From the NCBI GenBank assembly GCA_002269645.1, contig NIVC01000773.1, positions 270,838-334,837 on the forward strand: 64,000 nucleotides of DNA, in the 5' to 3' direction. The position numbers and the translations under genes were made by a program. This DNA is from Macrostomum lignano (Eukaryota). The notes under the pieces are model-generated. The model ran no database searches, was not told the origin of the DNA, and saw only the letters and a program-made list of their open reading frames with translations. Shown here one piece after another: positions 23,401-33,579 of this stretch. Every line of letters starts with the position of its first letter. Position 1 is the stretch's first letter.

Positions 23401-24223
23401 GGGAACGGCTCGCGTTGAACTTGAGCACGCATCGATCGTTCGCCAGTCTGTTCTGGAAGTGCCAGCGATCGCTGAGCAGGCTCTGCGGCACCGGATCGGT
23501 ACAGAGTCAACCCGTGCTGCTGGAAACCAGCTTCGAGCTGTGGTCCGCGGCGAGCCGGCGTGGAAACAATTCCGGAAAGCCAGGTGCACGCAACGGTGGC
23601 CAAATTCCTTTGAACGCGCAACTATCAGCGCCGACGATTGTCCGGCTCCTGGAGGTGGCGGCGACTGGCCGGAGAGGACGGTGCGCGAGTGGAGCTGGGC
23701 ACGGCCGGCCACGGCCCGCCTGAACAGGCCGACTCGGGCCTCGGCGACGGAGTTGCCCGTCGGCGTGCAGAGCGTTTCAACTTCGTCCAGTCCGCCAATA
23801 AGTCTCGTTGAAAGCCTGGCCGACCCCACCATGGTTCCGAGGGACCACTCGGCGATTGAGTCCTGCATCGTGGCGGGTTCGGACTGCTCAGTGTCCGACT
23901 GCAACATTGCCTTCTGCTTGGCAGCCGACTGGTCATTAGAAAAGCGCCAGCTCGAGCTCGTCTCCAGCAAATCGTCGTCGATCTCGCAGCCGCAGACGGT
24001 GCAATTCTGCTGCCGGTTCTCCACAGAGGATTCCGTAGATATGGACTGCTTAATCGCTACTCCAGTGGGAGATGCGCTGAGCTGTGCAGCCAGTGCGCAG
24101 GTGACCATTTTCCAACGGAGCATGAATCTGCCCGAAGAGCAGCTGCTCTCCGCCGGCAGCGGCTCGCTGCTTCGTCTGGCAGTTCGTCGGAGTCAGAGCT
24201 ACAACTGCATCTCGACCTATTGA
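20483..24223 (+). CDS. Uncharacterised 1203-aa protein; coding exons 20483-22152 and 22282-24223; probable 5'UTR exon ending at 19820
   Basis: Two long ORFs joined in frame by a phase-2 intron 22153-22281 (AG|GTAAAT ... CCCTGTAG|A). Upstream intron has CAG|GTAAGT at 19821 and TTTTAACAG ending 20447. No family recognised. Confidence 0.7.
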
Positions 24224-24663
24224 TGAGATCCCCATGACAAGCTGCTTAAATGCCATGCATTTCGCGTGAAAGCGCTAGCGTATGTAATAATGTTCTGATG
24301 CATGCAGATTCAACACTTTGCGATAGCTTTAGCTTTCAAGTAGCAATCTTTACTTTTTAGGGACTTTTATTATTGATAAGCTCTTTTCCCGTAGACGCAC
24401 TTGTTGTGTGCCATATATTCATAATCTTCATCATTTATCCAACATTACTTGAGTATATACTTCCGCTAAAACTGGATAGGTAGTTAATAATATTAATTGC
24501 CTAAAATTTGCACTTAATAATACATGGAGTAGAGTAGGCATGCGAAAGACGTTCGTACCTGTCATACTGAAATAATCAGAATAGGTGTGAACGCTTAAAT
24601 TGATCATTTCCAAAATTATTCAAAGCTATCGCATATCAACCACGTTAAATAGCCGGCAATATG

Positions 24664-24876
24664 CAGCCGCAGCTGGTCAGTCCAAGGACTTGGGAGGTCG
24701 CCACACCCTCAATTGCCCCAGCTAATGCTGGCACCCATTTTACAGCTGGGTGAACTGAAGCAATGCAGAGTTAAGTATCTTGTTCAAGGATACAAATTGT
24801 TCCGAGTAGGTCGAGACTCGAACCCCCGACCTTTTAGTCATGAGTCCGACGCTCTAACCACTAGGCTATAACGCTC
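24664..24876 (-). mobile_element. tRNA-derived CORE-type SINE, copy 3 (3' end rearranged, no tail)
   Basis: Head and central domain match 3249-3558. Confidence 0.88.
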
Positions 24877-25609
24877 TTCTGTGGATCAATACATAGCTTA
24901 TATTTAGCACTTGGAATGGATTTGCGAGTATATCCCACTGGTTCGCTGCGCGTCGCCTTTAAGGTTGGCGATGCACGAGTCCTCGATGCGTGTCGTTGGT
25001 CCGTCCAAGCGACCTGTTGCGGCTGGCAACCTTTAGGAACTTAAGCCACTAATCTCTGGGAGCTAGACCCAGCGAATAGGGTAGCTATAGGTCGTCCGTC
25101 AAATGGTGTTTTACCAGTGCCTTGCGGCATGAAGCTACCTGCATTTGGTAGCAAACTTATGACACAACCCACGTCAGTATTACGAACATGTACATGTAAT
25201 TCTCTATGCCATCTGAAACAATTTTCTGTGAGACCCGATGTACGCAAAATAGTAAGCAAATTAACGGACAAAAATGACCCCTAAAGGAAGTTCTTTAGTC
25301 TGTTTTCATCATTGGTGCTATCAAGGACCACTAGGAACACTTCGTTATAGAATATAAGGACGTAACACTCTCGATTCGTGTAAAAATAGTTGAAGGCCAA
25401 TTTCCGTTCTCGTATACATTAGTGAGATAGAGGAATTGCATGATTTTCAACATAATGTGCCGTTTGCAGAAGCCTATAGGGCTATTAATTTCCGAAATTT
25501 TGCAGTATGTAACCAGAAACACTTAGCTAAATTGTATTATTTTGTGGTTTAGTCATATTATTATAGGTTATTTACCGTTTTTTTACATTACTTATGACTA
25601 GGCTAGGCC

Positions 25610-26674
25610 CATGGATGAATGAATAGAATGGATTGCTATTCTGGCTCTGGCTATTTTCGTTTTTGACTCTTTTGCATCCGGTTCCCCCCCCCGTGCCTTT
25701 TCATTGGTTGATGATTGCCATAGACAGTTTTCGGCCTTCGCCCCTTTCTTTCGATGCACAAGCGCAAAGTTATCGCGGCAATCAGATGTGCTGTTAGTAC
25801 TGAAGTGTTTGCTGATCTCCGCTGTGAGGCAGCAGTGGACGAGAATCATCGCTACGTACTGATGAAAGCAGTCGCTGAGAAATATATGCGAGTCAAGCTG
25901 CTACACATTGTCAGGCGTCAGAATCTGTGCAGCCCGTCGATAAGGTCGCAACTGGGAAAGAAAATTCTCTTTCTCGGCCAGTAACAGCTAAAGATTGTCC
26001 TGTGCTCCTAACATTGGGCTGTAGTGTTCCGACTCTAATTTCATATGATTTAATCATTCTAACAGTCTGTACTCATCGTTACTGGTATCGTATATGTGTG
26101 TTGTTTTCCTGTTCCAATTTCACTCAATTTCACCATTCTAACAGTCTGTGTTGTCATGTACGTTAATAGAATCGTGTACCACAAGTTTTGATGCGTGATG
26201 CACACACAAAGGTACTCCCTCGATGATGATGATGGGCGAAATAGAAGTTACTTGTGTTGAAATAGAACTTTAAAACCAATTTCATAACTCCAATAGTAAA
26301 ATTCAGATAAAGCATCGCCAGTAATCCATTATTGTAGCATTGTCATCGCACCCTCATCATCACCCTCGACATGAAAATCTGAAATCATTACTGTTGTAAT
26401 TTGCAGGGGATTTGTTATCATTCCTCTGCTTCAATTAACAACTTCAATTGACAAACAAGTAACCAGAGAATATCGAGCGCTCGATATTCTCTGCAAGTAA
26501 CTGACATTCTCAGTTCTTTGCGCTTGTGCATCGAAAGAAAGGGGCGAAGGCCGAAAATTGTCTATGGCAATCATCAACCAATGAAAAGGCACGGGGGGGA
26601 ACCGGATGCAAAAAGAGTCAAAAACGAAAATAGCCAGAGCCAGAATAGCAATCCATTCTATTCATTCATCCATG
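25610..26674 (+). mobile_element. Non-autonomous P-superfamily (THAP9-like) DNA transposon, 1065 bp, about 160-bp TIRs, 8-bp TSD
   Basis: Termini CATGGATG...CATCCATG; TIRs 25610-25769 and 26516-26674; TSD GCTAGGCC at 25602-25609 and 26675-26682. Internal fragment ...KAVAEKYMRVKLLHIVRRQN..SIRSQLGKKILFLGQ* (to 25984) resembles P/THAP9 transposase C-termini. Confidence 0.85.
26464..26493. mobile_element. 30-bp perfect palindrome with 8-bp direct repeats (transposon excision scar or micro-element)
   Basis: CAGAGAATATCGAGC-GCTCGATATTCTCTG flanked by CAAGTAAC at 26456-26463 and 26494-26501. Confidence 0.85.
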
Positions 26675-26908
26675 GCTAGGCCTATGACTAAGGATAAATG
26701 TTTATCAACCTGGAACCTAGTAATAAATACTTTATAGACCTATAGACCTATGCTATGCGACTTGATGTGATCGAAACCGGCCAGTTTATTAAGAAATTTT
26801 GTAACTTTTTAAACGATCAATATGTTTCCTACGCAAAGTCAGGCATTTGTAGAGTTTCTTATCCTAGCTGGCATTGTGAAACTGAACTAGTATTTAGCAA
26901 TAATACGT

Positions 26909-28214
26909 TTAGATTTGATATTTGTGCTTCTGCGTGCAGCCATAGAACTCGCACACAGAGGCCGCCTGATAGGGAATGAGCTGTGGTCTCAGGCCAGCTC
27001 TGGCCCGGTTGATCTCGATGCTGAGCTGCGGGACGGTCGGCTTCCTGGCCTGGCAGCCAAACACGAGCACATTGTTGACGTGGACAGATATACAGTTGTA
27101 GGTCGTTGGGTCTTCTCTGGCTAGGACAAAAATATTCGAGCCGAACTCTTTCTCCAAGCCTTGACGCAGTTCGTGAAAAACCTGCATTTGGGAGCATGGG
27201 AAATAATATTGATTATTACATGAGCTAACTGCAGGATTGTGTCCAACCCTGGCTGCTGAAGAAATTTTGCTCGTTCCACTGACTCCTGAGCAGGGACGTG
27301 GCCATGGTTTTTTGGGGGGGGAAGCCTAGACTTCTACACACGTACATGTACACGACTAAGTTTACGTACATGTTTATACGTATACATTATTTTTAGAATT
27401 GGTGCTGTCAGTGCTCATTTTAGCGCCGCAGCTGCATTCATTTTAGCGCCGCAGCTGCATTCATTTTAGCGCCGCAGCTGCATTCATTTTAGCGCCGCAG
27501 CTGCATTCATTTTAGCGCCGCAGCTGCATTCATTTTAGCGCCGCAGCTGCATTCATTTTAGCGCCGCAGCTGCATTCATTTTAGCGCCGCAGCTGCATTC
27601 ATTTTAGCGCCACAGCTGCATTCATTTTAGCGCCGCAGCTGCATTCATTTTAGCGCCACAGGCACTCATTTTAGCGCCGTAGCTGCATTCATTTTAGCGC
27701 CACAGGCTCTCATTTTAGCCCCACAGGCACTCATTTTAGCGCCGCTGGCACTCATTTTAGCGCCGCAGGCACTCACTTTAGCGCCACAGGCACTCACTTT
27801 AGCGCCACAGGCACTCACTTTAGCGCCACAGGCATTCATTTTAGCGCCGCAGCTGCATTCATTTTAGCGCCGCAGGCACTCATTTTAGCGCCACAGGCAC
27901 TCACTTTAGCGCCACAGGCACTCATTTTAGCGCCGCAGCCACTCATTTTAGCGGCACTAAAATGAGTGAACATGAGTATTCAAGTAGTATATCTAGTAAT
28001 CTCCCGCAAGCCTGCATGTAAACTTAGTGCAGAGAGTAGAGTCAGAGGTACATGTGTACTGCTTTACCTGCTCCCCATGCGTGCCGTTGGAGCACAGGCT
28101 GCCATAAGTAATGATGACTTCAACCTCAGCGGCTGCCCTGGCCGACTCAATATTATCCAGCTCCTGGTCGTTGAGCTCCTGAACGTCGCTCTGCTCGCTA
28201 TTTCTGTCGGCCAT
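26909..28214 (-). CDS. Small protein resembling C10orf53/UPF0728, about 139 aa; exons 28214-28068 and 27181-26909
   Basis: Phase-0 GT-AG join (CAG|GTAAAG ... AAATGCAG|GTT). EVIITYGS...YNCISVHVNNVLVFGC recalls VVILRYGP...WNVVELMVNEEVIFHC of C10orf53. An upstream in-frame ATG at 28283 is also possible. Confidence 0.55.
27413..27955. repeat. 23-bp minisatellite (TCATTTTAGCGCCGCAGCTGCAT), intronic
   Basis: About 23 copies, with the variant type drifting along the array. Confidence 0.95.
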
Positions 28215-28382
28215 ACTCGTCCGGACCAAGCAGCTGATGCCGAGGCCGGAGCTACAGGCGTCTGCTATGAAGTTAGTCGCCATCGGAGAGTTTCTGTGTC
28301 CAGTTTAGAAAAGCACCGTTTCTCTCTGATACTCGTAGAAATCCGCGCTTGTAGTTACTGAGGGTGAATTTTGAGTTCACCT

Positions 28383-28752
28383 CAGTTGGTCTGCTGCGCG
28401 CCGCCTTCAACATCGGCGTCGAGCGAGTCACCAACGCGGCACTCTATCGCCGCGCTGGCCTGCCACGTCCAAGTGATCTACTGCGCCGTCGGCGACTCCA
28501 GCTCGCAGGCCATCTCATCCGCGCCGAGTCGTACTGCCCACAGCCGGTGCAGGAGGTGCTGCTGCTCACGCTGCAGGCACCCTACCGGCGAGGTCAAGCG
28601 CGAACTCGGCGTTATGTCGACTGTCTGCTGGCTGACGCCGGCGCCCCGGACACTGCCGGTGGCGCGGCCTTTGTTCGCGCCCAAGCCATGAAGCGCGCCC
28701 TGTGACGCTGACTTTTACCATCATGACAGCGTATTTTGTTGTTGTTGTGTTG
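28383..28752 (+). mobile_element. 5'-truncated RTE-like LINE with (GTT)n tail and 13-bp TSD
   Basis: Post-RT C-terminus TNAALYRRAG...RRRRLQLAGHLIR...RRGQARTRRYVD; TSD TTTGAGTTCACCT at 28370-28382 and 28753-28765. Confidence 0.88.
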
Positions 28753-29392
28753 TTTGAGTTCACCTGTGGACTGCTATCATGATACCCTGGACTGGAAACA
28801 GCAGATTGCTTTTTGTCTGTGGCCAAAATCCTAGCTGTTGGTATGTAAGAATAGCACTCGAAACACCGACTATTGAGCAGCATTGCATTGCAGTTCTGAG
28901 TCTCCCTTTCAGCCATGGCTTAACCCCAACTCTTCCTTTTGATGCTTGGCCTACCAATAACTCCCAATGGACCCTTGGCATCTCAGCCATTGCCCCAAGA
29001 GCCACAGCATTTCAGCGATTCCCACATAAACCTTGACTTCATGGCAATTTCCACTATGAATCTTGACATCTCAGCAACTCTTGTTCACTCGTGAACTCAA
29101 CTGCCGTAGTCTATTAATGAAATGAATAAAATACATTGCCCGAAATATTTGTTCATGGCAATGACCTCCGGACAATGACCGGCCATTTTCTGGAGGTAAA
29201 AAAACAAGACTGGACAACAATACCATAGGCGAAAAAAGTAACACGAAGCGTGAAATTCTTATATTTATTGAAGTCCAACAAAAAATGTTCCAACAATAAC
29301 ACTGCTTAGTCAATTGAGTGCAAGTCTAACCTATGGTCATGTTCTCATCACGACAGCAGGAGAAAGTCCAGAAAATACGACGGTTGAGTCCA

Positions 29393-30849
29393 TTACTCAA
29401 ATTTGCAACCATTGAATGAACAGTTGTGGAAACTGTACCTGACCGACGGATTGTCATGACTGATGCCGGTGATCTGCACGGAAGACGACACAGGTACTGG
29501 CACCGGTGAACTCTCACGCAATAGAGTCGCAACAGCTTGTGAAGAACCATTCAAATCAAGTGCCATAGAAACAGCCTCACTGGTAGACTGCAGCGAGCGA
29601 TCACGGCGCTTGGACAGGTAACGGCGAGTTGTCCTCTCAGAAACCTGACCGGTTATCGACATGATGTCAGCCAGGTTGTACCCAGCAGCCTCTAGATCAG
29701 CAATCCTGCTCACTCTACAACAGAAATAAAGTATTGCATAGAAAATATGCAACTGGTTTAAAGCAATATGAAGAAAAAGGCTTACCGAATGCAATGATTC
29801 GTGTACATCTTGGACAAACCGGCCTTCTCGCTCAAGTTTCGCATGAAACGCAGGAAGTAGTTCTCCCCGCGATTCTGCTTTGTTGAGAACATAGGCTGTC
29901 CATTGGAATCCGTGTTGGATAGTGGACGCGGGAACAGATGGTTGTCCTTGGTTGTTGGAGGTAGCAGTTGTAGATATCTCCTCACTTTGGCCGTGTCGTA
30001 GATCCGAGCTTGTTTGTTGTCCGGCCTGGCCTTCGCCTTCACAGGATCGGCTGACTTATTCTTCGTTGGCAGAGCAGGAAGACAGTAGTACTCCTTGCCG
30101 TCAGAATCCGTGTGCAATTCAAGCGAGTCCCTTTGTCTCAGGAACTTCAGATGCTCCTGGCCACGCTCTCCAAAGGAGTAAAGAACATAGAACAGAAATT
30201 TAGCCTGCTCGATTTCAGCCGTAGTCCCTTCAAAGTAGCACCGCAACTTCTGCATGTCGCCTTCTTCAATTGGTTCATACTGCCTGGTGCAGCCACCATC
30301 TCGATGGAAATCACGAACCTTGACACGCAGCATCTCGTTGCAGGATTTGAATTCCTCACCACCGATTATATCGACAGGCAGCTTCAGAACCATGCGTAGG
30401 AAACGCTGAATTCCAGCCCGGATACAGATGAGAGAGGCCGGCGAGTAGAACGAGCCATCCTGTTTCTTCAGCTTGAAGTAGAAGTACCGAAGATATTGGT
30501 TCAATGTAGGATTGTTGACATGCTGAATGTTGCGCAGATTCTCCCCTTCCAGGAAGTCTCGAAAACGTTGGCCATGCTGGTACATCTGCTTCCGAGTATC
30601 CTCAGGCAGACTCTCGATCTCGATTCTGTCCATCTCGGAAACGTCTATCTTTTCATCTCCATCGATCATTGGCAGCCCAGTATCAGCTGGACCATTTTGG
30701 ACATACTTCAGGAACGCATCGAAATCTTCGTCGTGCCGATCAACGGCAGAGGATTCCGAGAGGAAGTTCAGTTCATCCTGCGTGATGTTGCCGAGGTCCT
30801 CACACGGGAGGTTACCCCAATTAATATAATGTATTATCGGGTCGCTCAT
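29393..30849 (-). CDS. Crypton-type (DUF3504-like) tyrosine recombinase, 461 aa; exons 30849-29786 and 29714-29393
   Basis: YLRYFYFKLKKQDGSFYSPASLICIRAGIQRFL, FGERGQE (R), TKNK (K), TNHCIR (HxxR), ITGQVS..RRY (Y); 71-bp phase-2 intron GTAAGC...TTGTAG. Confidence 0.9.
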
Positions 30850-31090
30850 GATGGACAGAAAACTCTTGAATCAACAGGTTTGGACAGACTACTTACTGCC
30901 TGGGAATCCCTCACACAAACCCCTTCACCCCCACTGAAAGTTTTGCCATAGACATTTCAACCCTCCATTCAATCAATAGGATTGTCATTGCCATGAACTC
31001 TCCACGCCTTTTGGCTTTCGTGCCATAGACGTTTGTGCCTCCTCCTTCTGGGCCACTTCGATTCGTGCCATAGATATTTCCTGCAATGAA

Positions 31091-31192
31091 GTTAACTGGA
31101 AGAGAGAACTCCAGGCAACGGCCAAATTTCCACTCGCGGCTAGCGCCGCTCGTGGCTTTGGCCGTTGCCTGGAGTTCTCTCTTCCAGTTAAC
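31091..31192. other. 102-bp hairpin with a perfect 36-bp stem upstream of the recombinase
   Basis: 31091-31126 is the exact reverse complement of 31157-31192; the 30-nt loop is itself partly self-complementary. Confidence 0.9.
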
Positions 31193-31854
31193 CCCCCATT
31201 GCAATTCAAAATTCATGGGATTCAAGCAATAGATTTACCAAAATTCAGCAAACCTACATGCTGTTCCTATTGTTTTAATGTAATTTGATGCAAACAGATT
31301 AAAATGTTTGAATTACGATTTTTATAGGTTTTTTGTATCTGAAAAAATATCGAGATCTCAATGCTGAAATCTGAGAGTTATAATTTTAATTTTACTTAAT
31401 TTTAGTTATTTTATGTCACTTTAATAGGCTCGATTGTAGGAACGGTATTCAATGAAAAAAAGACCATGCTTAAAAGAACTAGCCTTAATAAACTCCGTTT
31501 GCATGCAATGAATGTGTTTCAAGAATGGATTTTAATTTAACACAATTATATTTAATTAAGCAGCTCTTGAATATAACTTGAGTATAAATCTGAAAATACT
31601 ATATTATAACTATACGCATACTAATATTAATACAAAGATTAATAAAATGTAAAACACGTGTACCAATAAACTGTGCAAACAACAGGCAGCAAAGCTTGAT
31701 TGTTTTCCATCAGCCAATTATATTGTAGATAAGATTGAAACAGACTAGTAGAGAGTAATTAAAATTTGAGTTAATAACTACATTGAGGTTTGCTTTGCTC
31801 CAAACAACAATATTTATATTTCAGGTCGTCAACTACTAGGAAATATCGATAAAG

Positions 31855-32495
31855 TGCAGCTGGCGGGGAGAGGAAAGAGAGAGGAAAGAGGAAAGAGGGT
31901 TTGGGGGTTAATAGCCAGACCAGAAAATCGATAACCCTCTCTTACCACCAACCCATTCTGCCAGAGTCTACAATAGCGTTTAAGTGTGGCTGGCGGGAGA
32001 AGAAAGACACATGGGGGTTAATAGCCAGACCAGAAAATCGATAACCCTCACCCACCACCCCATTCTGCCAGTCTACAAAAGCGATTAAGTGTGGCTGGCG
32101 GGGAGAAGAAAGACACATGGGGGTTAATAGCCAGACCAGAAAATCGATAACCCTCTCTTACCACCACCCATTCTGCCAGAGTCTACAATAGCGATTAAGT
32201 GTGGCTGGCGGGGAGAAGAAAGACACATGGGGGTTAATAGCCAGACCAGAAAATCGATAACCCTCACCCACCACCCCATTCTGCCAGTCTACAAAAGCGA
32301 TTAAGTGTGGCTGGCGGGGAGAAGAAAGACACATGGGGGTTAATAGCCAGACCAGAAAATCGATAACCCTCTCTTACCACCACCCATTCTGCCAGAGTCT
32401 ACAATAGCGATTAAGTGTGGCTGGCGGGGAGAAGAAAGACACATGGGGGTTAATAGCCAGACCAGAAAATCGATAACCCTCACCCACCACCCCAT
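31855..32495. repeat. Tandem repeat of alternating 110/106-bp monomers (216-bp higher-order unit)
   Basis: ATAGCC anchors at 31911, 32021, 32127, 32237, 32343 and 32453. Confidence 0.93.
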
Positions 32496-33579
32496 TTGGT
32501 CACAAGTGCACTCAAGAAATAAAATTAAATCGTAACAATTGAATCGAACTGTCTATCCACGAAGTCTAAAATGATTGGCTGTTGGATAAAGTCAATTTTT
32601 ACCGCTCAGTTGAGCAGACAGTTTCCGGATACTCGTACATGAGCCAAATTCCGTACGTAGGTGTAGGTCAATTTCTATATAAAAATCACAATATTGCTTT
32701 GCAGCAAATGGGTAAAGAAGTCAAACAAAAACTAAATTGGTGCACAATAAAGGAAACATAAATACACACTGATACACGCAAATGTCAAATAAAATGAATT
32801 CGTCATGAGGCAGTGACATGTCGCCACAGTTGAAATGGATTACAAGTTGCACTTTAACTTAAATACATAAACATAAGAAATGTAGACAACAATAAAAGCT
32901 TGTGACTAACGAGGTCAAAATTGCGTTGAAGTAAAATCATAACTCAATTGCGCATAGTTTAATAATGATAATGAGATAAGCTCATGACAGATCCTTCTAT
33001 GCATTATTATGTAAGCAATAAATATATGAGAATAACTTTATAGAAAAGCCGATTCATCTCGAACTCTATTGTTGGGGGTTATCCTGTTGTTCGTACGAGC
33101 GCAGTTATAAGTTTTGTTGCCTTAATTCACTTGTTCGCTTCTTGGCTCAAGACACGAGCTCGGGACCTTTGGCACAGATGAGCAAAAGTCATCGTATTGC
33201 CCGTTTGGATTTTGCTTTAGGTCAATGGTCAATTGACTAAATAAAGCATTATGTATAGAGTCGTATCGATAAAAGTTAACGTTTAGTAATATTATTATTT
33301 CACGAGCAACTACATATTTTAGCATATGCTGGATTAGATACTAAACACGGCGTTAGAAAAAACAGAAAAGTACATGTAGAGAAACATGTAAATTTTATTT
33401 ATAAGCTACACGCAATAATAATTAATTGAAGGGGGATGGGATTCTTTTAGATTAATAATTTTCCTGCTGCATTGGATTACCAATATCTTTTTTATTTAAG
33501 AATACAAAATTACTGAATAAGCTGTGGCAAACAAAGTGCCATAAACAGCACCCGCTTTATAAAAATTAAAAATGTTCGC

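Noticed and set aside
22441-24123. Antisense and overlapping ORFs within the orphan gene, the DEG/ENaC exons and the recombinase
   Set aside because: Expected shadows of GC-rich coding sequence; no independent splice or domain evidence.
25593-26690. TATGACTA (25593-25600 and 26683-26690) as the TSD of the long-TIR element
   Set aside because: The inner pair GCTAGGCC gives perfectly complementary CATGGATG/CATCCATG termini; the outer pair gives mismatched ends and is probably pre-existing local repetition.
27291-27325. hAT-like terminus CAGGGACGTGGCC...GGGGGGGG
   Set aside because: No matching inverted end or TSD found nearby.
25715-30955. Shared 12-mer TTGCCATAGACA in the P-element TIR and upstream of the recombinase
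   Set aside because: A single short match with no extended homology; cannot be distinguished from chance.
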